Positions 57,268 through 64,000 of a DNA stretch of 64,000 nt are shown one piece after another. The DNA comes from a virus. The DNA lies in the IMG/VR virus record IMGVR_UViG_3300028840_002623, positions 5,881-69,880 of that record; one strand, written 5' to 3'. Made by a program: the position numbers and the translations under genes. The notes beneath the pieces were generated by a model. The model did not search any database. It was not told the DNA's origin and saw nothing but the letters and a program-made list of their open reading frames with translations. Position 1 is the stretch's first letter; the number at the start of each line of letters is the position of its first letter.

Positions 57268-58740
57268 TCAAAAAACTCCTATTCTGCCACGCTGTGAAAA
57301 CGTAAGTAAAGTGAACGCACCGCTGGTCGCATCCACTTGGTCCTTGTATTTTGAATTCGGGAACAATGTTAATTCATTCATATAGGTATTATTCCACTCA
57401 GCTGATATCAGGTATACATTCCCTACATTCACCTGTGCGGAGAAAGGCATTGCCCGAATCACCTTGTCACCCGATGGTCGTTGAACCTCCACATTATACC
57501 CCCGGAGATTCTTCACTGTGTTTTGTGCTGATTCTTTTCCACCACTTCCCGGCTCTTGCTCAATCCCAATCTTGACGCCAATCCCATCCATCTGTGCCGT
57601 CAACTTGACCAGCTTTTCTCTTTCCCCGGTATCCAACTGAACCCGGATTACATCCAGAATCCAAAAGCGGTGTTCCTTGTCCTCACCCATTAACACCCCT
57701 GCTGTAAACGCACCGCCACCTTCCGTACCTGCTTTGTCCCAATACCGGATTTTCTGAATCCAATCCGCTGGTGCTGTCGGTGCGACATCCACTTTCAACC
57801 GGGCTGTCTTGAACATACCACCTTCCAACGGGACAGGCAATTGCAAAAACTGACCTGCATACCCGTATTCAAGCAACTTGGACAATGCCTCATCCAACGC
57901 TCTCCGGGAAAGCCGAATGGGGTCAAGCAATCGCACCCCTTTCTTCTTGGGGTCAGGTACATATTTCTGTCGCAGTGCTTTGGGCTTAATGGTCTTGTAT
58001 GATTTCCGATTCACTTCTGCGGGCAGGTTGATGTGTTTCACCCGTACCTTTTTCTGCCCTAACATATCAGCGGTTGGGTCATCTTCATGCAACCGCTGCA
58101 TTATCAAAATCGTGGGTGTAATATCCTTGTCCACTTTCCGGGAAGACAATGTCTCACGTATCCAAACATTTGCATTCTTGAGTTCAACTTCAGATGATGC
58201 TTCCTGCGGGTTCAACGGGTCATCTATTATCAAGAAGTGCCCGTGGTACCCAGTGACTGTGCCCCCGGTGGAAGTTGAGAACCTATAACCACCTTGGGTA
58301 TTCTCAAAAAGCCCCTTGGTGTTCTGGTCACCCCGGAGTTCAAGGTGTTGGAACAACTCCCGGTATTTTTCGCTGGTAATAATGTCCCGGCTCTTTCTGC
58401 TTAATTGGAGTGATAAAGCATATGAATACGAACCACAGATGGACCTGGAGGTGGGCATTCTGGTCCATACCCAAGCCGGGAACATTACTGAACATATAGT
58501 TGACTTGGTTGAGCCGGGTGGAACGTTGATTACCAAATCATATTTCTTCCGCTTGCCCGCAAATACTCTTTCCGCCACCTTTTGCATTTCTGCGCATACA
58601 TACTCAATATGCCAATTCCATATCGGCTCTTCAGGCACCACCGTGTCCCAGAAGTATTGCACAAAGTCAAAGAAGCTGTCTTCCAATATTGACTTTTGCA
58701 ATAGTGTTCGGGATATGCGGGGTTGCTCTGTCACGGTCAT
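57268..58740 (-). CDS. terL: Terminase large subunit
   Basis: INVPPGSTKS, IIDDP, IMQRLHEDD, RYWDKA, KDQVDA. Confidence 0.95.
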   Translation of the reverse strand: MTVTEQPRISRTLLQKSILEDSFFDFVQYFWDTVVPEEPIWNWHIEYVCAEMQKVAERVFAGKRKKYDLVINVPPGSTKSTICSVMFPAWVWTRMPTSRSICGSYSYALSLQLSRKSRDIITSEKYRELFQHLELRGDQNTKGLFENTQGGYRFSTSTGGTVTGYHGHFLIIDDPLNPQEASSEVELKNANVWIRETLSSRKVDKDITPTILIMQRLHEDDPTADMLGQKKVRVKHINLPAEVNRKSYKTIKPKALRQKYVPDPKKKGVRLLDPIRLSRRALDEALSKLLEYGYAGQFLQLPVPLEGGMFKTARLKVDVAPTAPADWIQKIRYWDKAGTEGGGAFTAGVLMGEDKEHRFWILDVIRVQLDTGEREKLVKLTAQMDGIGVKIGIEQEPGSGGKESAQNTVKNLRGYNVEVQRPSGDKVIRAMPFSAQVNVGNVYLISAEWNNTYMNELTLFPNSKYKDQVDATSGAFTLLTFSQRGRIGVF

Positions 58741-58935
58741 TCGTGTCCCCCCATAATTCCAAAAACTGTTTGCAATTTTTGCGGTGTGCCCCGATGTATG
58801 GGTGCATAATTTGAAAAATGGTTTGCAATTTTATAGGGTGCAGTCGTCAGGGTCAGTGTGTTTTCATTTCCGCAAAAACAACCCCACCAACACCCGGAAA
58901 TCGCACTCCCGGCTGTGGTAATTTTCAGCAAAAAA

Positions 58936-59463
58936 TCAATCATTTTTTCCATCGCCATTCCCATTTTCATCACTCATTTCTTCCAGCATCTTTCTCCGGG
59001 TATCTATGTCTATGGTTTTTAATTTCTCAATGGACAGTATATGCTCGTGCTCTATTCTTATGGGCTTGCCCCCTTGTATTGATAATTCACTCTTGTCTTT
59101 ATAGCCACGTTGCTCTGCGGCTGGGTGCTTGGTAAGAATAAAATGGCTTGCCCTTATAGCCGTTGGGAAGTGTATACGTTGGGTCATCATTTCCACATTA
59201 GTCTGTTCTGCTATATCAACCATTTTCTCTTGTTCTACTCGCATGGCTTCTTTTACATTTTCGGAAGCATGTTTTTTGAGGTAGTTTTTTATTGTGGAAT
59301 ATGGTCTGTCTAATTTCCGGGCTATAACTGAAATATTGCCCAATGAATTTTCAATGCCCCGGAGCATTTGTCTTTCTGTTAAATGGGGTTTGCGAATAAT
59401 GGGTTTTTTGGAATTGCTTTTTTTGCTTTTTCTTGGTCTTGCTCGCACAGTTAAAAAATCCAT
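58936..59463 (-). CDS. terS: Terminase small subunit
   Basis: HTH-like GNISVIARKL, RGYKDK; upstream of terL. Confidence 0.7.
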   Translation of the reverse strand: MDFLTVRARPRKSKKSNSKKPIIRKPHLTERQMLRGIENSLGNISVIARKLDRPYSTIKNYLKKHASENVKEAMRVEQEKMVDIAEQTNVEMMTQRIHFPTAIRASHFILTKHPAAEQRGYKDKSELSIQGGKPIRIEHEHILSIEKLKTIDIDTRRKMLEEMSDENGNGDGKND

Positions 59464-59527
59464 TTTTGGTCCTTCATAATTTCAACCACAGCACCCACCA
59501 ATCCAATCCAAGGCACTTCTGATGATT

Positions 59528-59556
59528 AGTATAACATCACCCCCACAACGGTTCAA
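59528..59556 (-). promoter_or_regulatory. Putative promoter for the terminase/late operon
   Basis: TTGAAC-17 bp-TATACT with extended TG. Confidence 0.6.
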
Positions 59557-59618
59557 ATTAAAAACCAAAAGAATTTTTCCCAACGAATCACACCCACAAA
59601 TTTACAATCACCGGGCAG

Positions 59619-59645
59619 TAGAAATATATCATAGATATATTTCTA
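59619..59645. repeat. Perfect 12-bp inverted repeat
   Basis: TAGAAATATATC-ATA-GATATATTTCTA. Confidence 0.8.
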
Positions 59646-59831
59646 TCATAGCAAGATACATTCCCATTAGTACAAACACAGGCAACAGGGGAATAGAAAG
59701 GGCAGGGATGGTGAGATATACTGAGGGTGTTAGTTAGGTAGTAATAGGGAAAAAGTTGACGTTATGATAGAGATGTATACCTGCTTGGAGACCTTCCCTG
59801 CCCCGTTTATTTTTTTCATTTATTTTTCCCA

Positions 59832-60530
59832 TTAATCATTTATGGGTTCCAATAATCCATCGTCATACAATTTATAAATATTCCATTTCCAGAAATCAAC
59901 CTTCCTATTTATTGATTTCCAATTCCTGACTCTTTGTTCTTTCGTTGCAAACTTTCCGGCTTGAGTAATCAAATAATCAATCCTTCCTTTTTGCTTCATT
60001 CTATCCCTTGGTACAGCAAAGTATTTTGTATCAGTATGTGTGCTTATTTCATCACTATGAACACCCTGTATATGTACCCGGTATCTATGTGTCCAACCTT
60101 TCCCCGGTATCTCTATGAGTGCGAGATGATATTGCTTGTCTTCCGGGCACAATGCTACTGTATTATGTTCATATCGGATTCTGCGTTCATACAAATGCAA
60201 TTTATCAGCAAAACGTTGGTTGGCATATTTCCCATGACCGGGGTCACCTTTATCAAATCCTGTATAACAAGTTGTATAGCGAATTACAGAATGGGAATAT
60301 TCCAATTTGTATACCATTCTCACAAACCTTCTTTTAATGAGTTCAGGTTTGGGTTCCGGCTCTTTTGCTTTTTCCGGTATTGGTTCCGGTTCATCCCATT
60401 CCAATACCTGCGGTTGGGGTTCAGGCTCTTTCGTTCCATTTCTCATACAACAGACCGATGACAATACCATTATGGAAATCAAAAGCGTGGAAAGAATAAC
60501 CAAATGGGTTTTCAATTTTAACTTAAACAT
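59832..60530 (-). CDS. Membrane-anchored protein with divergent 3D-domain (candidate muralytic enzyme)
   Basis: N-terminal TM, PEP linker, TCY..G..A..TVAL.P..IPG..RDRM..RIDY. Confidence 0.5.
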   Translation of the reverse strand: MFKLKLKTHLVILSTLLISIMVLSSVCCMRNGTKEPEPQPQVLEWDEPEPIPEKAKEPEPKPELIKRRFVRMVYKLEYSHSVIRYTTCYTGFDKGDPGHGKYANQRFADKLHLYERRIRYEHNTVALCPEDKQYHLALIEIPGKGWTHRYRVHIQGVHSDEISTHTDTKYFAVPRDRMKQKGRIDYLITQAGKFATKEQRVRNWKSINRKVDFWKWNIYKLYDDGLLEPIND

Positions 60531-60966
60531 TTTGCATCGCTTTGTATACATCGCATTTCCCGCAATCGGCTTTCCCAAATTCAGCCGGACATATCTCACA
60601 TACATTCTTTTTTAGCAATTCCTTCATCACCTTGATTTTCATTTTGGCTTGTTCTTGCAAAATGATTTCGTAAAACTTGGTAACTGTTTTCGTATACAGT
60701 CCGTTGAACGCAACCAATACCTTCTCATAACAGTCTTTGCAAATGACCCGGAACAAATGTTCATCTGTTTCCTTGATGTGTAACTCCCATTGCATATGAC
60801 TGTGCATTGGTCCATCTACATCTTCCGGGTTTGGCTTGTCGCAGTAATGACAAACGTCAGTCAACGGCTTTCCTTTTTTAAATTGTCCACAACTCCCTGC
60901 GTCAACAATTTGTCCCTTCCAAGGCAATGGACAACCCGAATATTTTTCACAAACATTGCATTTCAT
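60523..60966 (-). CDS. Cys-rich hypothetical protein
   Basis: Multiple CxxC; AAGGA RBS. Confidence 0.6.
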   Translation of the reverse strand: MKCNVCEKYSGCPLPWKGQIVDAGSCGQFKKGKPLTDVCHYCDKPNPEDVDGPMHSHMQWELHIKETDEHLFRVICKDCYEKVLVAFNGLYTKTVTKFYEIILQEQAKMKIKVMKELLKKNVCEICPAEFGKADCGKCDVYKAMQNV

Positions 60967-61010
60967 TTTGGTTCCTTTACAACTGTTTTTTTCGGTCAAT
61001 TTATTATCTG

Positions 61011-61310
61011 TTTGTGTGTGGAAAATCCACAGTTTTTTAGGGTGCAGAAAAGTTGCATTTCTTTGTTAACTTTTTAAAAATTACAGTGCATCAAGTGAAA
61101 AACTTGCAACTTTTTTTTACCCCCCGAAACCACACCTATGCTGGAGAAATAAGAATGCTCACCGGGGCAAGCATGTGTTTTGATGCAAGAATTTTTTTGC
61201 AAGTTTTTGAAATTTTTTAGAAATAGTTTTTGACTTCCTTATTACTGCTGTTATAATACTAATAGTTTATTAAGTTTTTAAATTTCTATTTTCTATTTCC
61301 TTTTTATGCG
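61011..61310 (+). promoter_or_regulatory. 300-bp regulatory element, copy 2, with near-consensus sigma70 promoter
   Basis: TTGACT 61230-61235, TG-n-TATAAT (-10 at 61252-61257); inverted repeat 61098-61109 / 61197-61208. Confidence 0.85.
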
Positions 61311-61320
61311 GAGACATGCA

Positions 61321-62163
61321 ATGGCGAAAGTGAAACTGAATCAGGTAGTTGACACGGTGAATGAAAACAGTATGGGCGTTGAGATAGAATTCTTCTGTCG
61401 CAAGTCTGACGTGTTCGTTGCTGAAGCCCTGACCAGAGCCGGGATTGAGACACGGGTTGAACGTTACAATCACTGTACTCGTGAGCATTGGAAGATTGTC
61501 AATGACGGTTCAATAGACAGCAACTCAAGTAACCATCCTCACGAAATGGAGTTGGTGAGCCCGAAATTGTACGGAGCCACGGGGCTGGAAATTGTCCGGA
61601 AGGTTTGTGCTGTACTGAACTGTTCGGAAATTGATGCTCAAGTTAACAGTTCTTGCGGGCTTCACGTTCATCAAGATGCCGCCAATTGGGGTGCGAAACA
61701 ATTTGCGAATCTTTTTGACCTTTACAAGATGTATGAGGATGAGCTGGATGAGATGGTTCCTAACTCACGCAAACGGGACAACAACGGAATGTGCAGCAGT
61801 CTTGACTACTGTGACAGTTGGGAAGATGTCTACTCACCGGACAGAGAAAGCGGAAAAAGATATCACAAAATAAATCTTTGTTCTTGGGAAACATACGGCT
61901 CAGTAGAAATCCGCCACGCTGCAGGAACAACTGACGCAAACAAGATATGTGGCTGGATGGTTTTCACTCAGGCGATTGTTGAACGTTGCGCCACTGCTCG
62001 CACTTTCAAAAAACGCAAAAGCATTCTCACCGGGATTCAGGCTTACAAATGGGGTGCTGAGATGCGCAGAAGCGGTGCTGAGGAAATTGAAAGGCTTTCT
62101 AATGTCTTCCAGGCAGTAAGGCTTTGGGTTGGAAGGCGCAAACGTCAGCTGGTTCGTGGATAA
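61321..62163 (+). CDS. Putative amidoligase (COOH-NH2 ligase)
   Basis: GVEIEF, DGSI, ELVSP, SCGLHVH, RYHKINL, VEIR. Confidence 0.88.
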   Translation: MAKVKLNQVVDTVNENSMGVEIEFFCRKSDVFVAEALTRAGIETRVERYNHCTREHWKIVNDGSIDSNSSNHPHEMELVSPKLYGATGLEIVRKVCAVLNCSEIDAQVNSSCGLHVHQDAANWGAKQFANLFDLYKMYEDELDEMVPNSRKRDNNGMCSSLDYCDSWEDVYSPDRESGKRYHKINLCSWETYGSVEIRHAAGTTDANKICGWMVFTQAIVERCATARTFKKRKSILTGIQAYKWGAEMRRSGAEEIERLSNVFQAVRLWVGRRKRQLVRG

Positions 62164-62176
62164 ACAAAATTGTAAC

Positions 62177-62203
62177 CGGGGTGGGCGATGGCTCACCCCT
62201 TTG
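62177..62203 (+). terminator. Hairpin after the amidoligase gene
   Basis: GGGGTGGGC-GATG-GCTCACCCC-TTT. Confidence 0.55.
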
Positions 62204-62215
62204 AAAGGAAAAAAT

Positions 62216-62458
62216 ATGAGCGACAAAAAATTGACCGGAACTGAGATTGCTAAAATTTGGAGGGACATGCAAAGAGCAAGACTCAAAAGAATGAAGGTGC
62301 TGTACAAGGCTTTTAAAAAGAGTTTGAAGAACATAGAGGTCACCGAAAAAGAATTGGATGAAAAGGCAATCGGATTGGAAAAGGAAATTATACCGGATTT
62401 GGAACAGATGCGGTGGATGGCTATTCTTGGAATCATATCTGAAAGGAAATCTAAATGA
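62216..62458 (+). CDS. Hypothetical protein
   Basis: AAGGA RBS; ATGA overlap with next gene. Confidence 0.6.
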   Translation: MSDKKLTGTEIAKIWRDMQRARLKRMKVLYKAFKKSLKNIEVTEKELDEKAIGLEKEIIPDLEQMRWMAILGIISERKSK

Positions 62459-62871
62459 GAGAATTATATTTTGCATACGGAAGCAATATGCATAACGCTT
62501 CAATGGCTGAGCGTTGCCCCAAAGCGGAAAACCTTGGCCCGGCTATTTTGAAGGATTGGGGCTTGAGGGCAAGACACTGTGCCGATATAGAGCCAGCCCC
62601 CGGTGAAGAGGTTCACGGGGTTGTTTGGTCTGTTACTCGTGAATGTATAAAGAATTTGGATTGGTATGAATCTGTTCCTGTTTTCTATATCAAGAAGTGG
62701 GTTGACGTGACGATGGAGGGATGCGTTGCCCCTGTAAAGGCTCTTGTGTATGTAATGATACCGGAAGTTGTAGCGGAAGGCGATGAACCTTTCGCACCCG
62801 GCTATGCGCACCTTTGCGCAGATGGTGCCAAAGAAAATGGGGTTGATGTTGACCCCTTGTTTTGTGTTTAA
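62455..62871 (+). CDS. Gamma-glutamylcyclotransferase family protein
   Basis: YFAYGSNM, VHGVVW, LDWYE, ALVYVM. Confidence 0.9.
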   Translation: MRELYFAYGSNMHNASMAERCPKAENLGPAILKDWGLRARHCADIEPAPGEEVHGVVWSVTRECIKNLDWYESVPVFYIKKWVDVTMEGCVAPVKALVYVMIPEVVAEGDEPFAPGYAHLCADGAKENGVDVDPLFCV

Positions 62872-62895
62872 TTTTTTTGAATTGAGGAGAATGAA

Positions 62896-63621
62896 ATGAT
62901 TACAACGAAAGAAAATTGCTGGACTGTTTCTGAACTGAAAGAAATCCCGGTCATTAAAGAAGAAAAGCGTTCAGACCGCTGGCAGGGTATTCAGCACGGG
63001 GAATTGGTTGAGACCATCCATGAGGCTCTTGACCGGAAAGAGATTCAGGTTCAGGATGAAAGCTGGTTCGCCTATGCGAAAGATTTTCAGAGCCTGTCCG
63101 GGAGTATGCAGTTGAATATTCCGAATGTAACCCCGGTGGAAGGAACCCAGTTCAGTCTGGGTGTGCAACACTCTAATAACGGGTACCACGCTCTCAAGTT
63201 TGCTGTGGGTGCTAAAATCTTCATCTGTGAGAACGGAATGGTCACCGGAGATTATGCTGTCAAGCGGAAGCATACCACGGGGCTGGACCTGATGGAATGC
63301 GTTGGTATCGGAATTGATACCTATCTAAACAAGATTCAGGAAGTCACTATTGTAGCCGAACAGCTCAAGGCGAAAGAGATGGCGACACCGAATGTTGATG
63401 AGGCTCTTATGGCTGCAGGCAGAGAAGGACTGCTCAGCTGGAGCCGGATTGGTCAGGTTGATAAGGAATACAACAAACCTACTTTTGCTGACCACGATGA
63501 ACAGACTGCGTGGGGGCTTTATAACGCTTTCACTTATACAATGCAGAAGATGCCCCCTCAGTACCATATAAAGGGGATGAACCGCTTCCGTGAGATTCTC
63601 ATTGACGGAGTTGCCGCCTAA
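62896..63621 (+). CDS. DUF932-family protein
   Basis: HSNNG, FICENGM, RKHT, TAWGLYNAFT. Confidence 0.75.
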   Translation: MITTKENCWTVSELKEIPVIKEEKRSDRWQGIQHGELVETIHEALDRKEIQVQDESWFAYAKDFQSLSGSMQLNIPNVTPVEGTQFSLGVQHSNNGYHALKFAVGAKIFICENGMVTGDYAVKRKHTTGLDLMECVGIGIDTYLNKIQEVTIVAEQLKAKEMATPNVDEALMAAGREGLLSWSRIGQVDKEYNKPTFADHDEQTAWGLYNAFTYTMQKMPPQYHIKGMNRFREILIDGVAA

Positions 63622-63629
63622 CGCACTTT

Positions 63630-63667
63630 GGGGGCAGGGTGTGAGCCCTGCCCCCTTTCTTTTTTTC
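63630..63667 (+). terminator. Intrinsic terminator
   Basis: GGGGGCAGGG..CCCTGCCCCC followed by T-tract. Confidence 0.8.
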
Positions 63668-63679
63668 TGGAGCCTTAAA

Positions 63680-63877
63680 ATGAATGACCCTTTTTTCAAA
63701 AAAGAAAATTGTGACCGGTGTGGAAACAAATTGACTGTAAGAATGTTATCTTGGTTTACCAATGATACACTTTGTATGGACTGTATCAAAAAAGAAGATG
63801 AAATCAAAAGAACATTACCCAACAAAGGAAAAGAATTTGAAGGTTGTGGGTATGTACCCGAATTGAAGGAGAAATAA
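63680..63877 (+). CDS. Small zinc-binding hypothetical protein
   Basis: CDRC, SWF, CMDC; GGAG RBS. Confidence 0.65.
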   Translation: MNDPFFKKENCDRCGNKLTVRMLSWFTNDTLCMDCIKKEDEIKRTLPNKGKEFEGCGYVPELKEK

Positions 63878-63878
63878 A

Positions 63879-64000
63879 ATGACCAAAGCCACAAGAGAAA
63901 GAGCCTTGACAATCAAACAGGAAATCGGTGCGGAGAAAGCAGGACAGGTCAGTGAATACCTTTCTATGTTATCCAAAACCAAACGCTCACCTGCCAGTGT
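63879..64000 (+). CDS. 5' end of a gene truncated by the window edge
   Basis: AAGGAG RBS, ATG 63879, open to the end. Confidence 0.55.
   Translation, partial: MTKATRERALTIKQEIGAEKAGQVSEYLSMLSKTKRSPAS

Noticed and set aside
58737-58973. 78-aa ORF between terS and terL
   Set aside because: Fills the gap and overlaps the terL start, but has no recognisable features and an uncertain start; left uncalled
16691-61310. Duplicated element as terminal repeats, att sites or IS ends
   Set aside because: Copies are diverged in the core, essential genes lie on both sides, and no integrase or transposase is seen

Overview
The window is most of a tailed dsDNA phage genome with siphovirus-type morphogenesis; both ends cut through genes, and I saw no helicase, primase, integrase or tRNA. 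Plus strand 1-16.7 kb: DNA metabolism operon. It opens with two paralogous radical-SAM genes, a methyltransferase-fold gene and a DUF2156-like aminoacyl-transferase, followed by beta clamp, split family-A polymerase (UDG+exonuclease / polymerase), clamp loader, UvsY, SSB, RecA, 5'-3' exonuclease, RuvC and SbcCD. 16.7-21.85 kb: small early-type genes behind a 300-bp regulatory element that recurs at 61.0-61.3 kb; this block separates the pieces of a split SbcC/Rad50. Minus strand 59.5-22.4 kb: late operon (terminase, portal, head, tail, YadA-like fibre). Fourteen glycan genes sit within it: APS kinase/nucleotidyltransferase fusion, gmd, fcl, a Maf-like transferase, five more GT-like proteins, two sulfotransferases, two methyltransferases and an epimerase. 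This is my best candidate for an undescribed system (sulfated, fucosylated, methylated virion glycan). Other highlights are the radical-SAM cassette (possible DNA hypermodification) and a strong CCGG excess with apparent GATC/CTAG avoidance. All calls come from motif recognition by eye; no searches were run.
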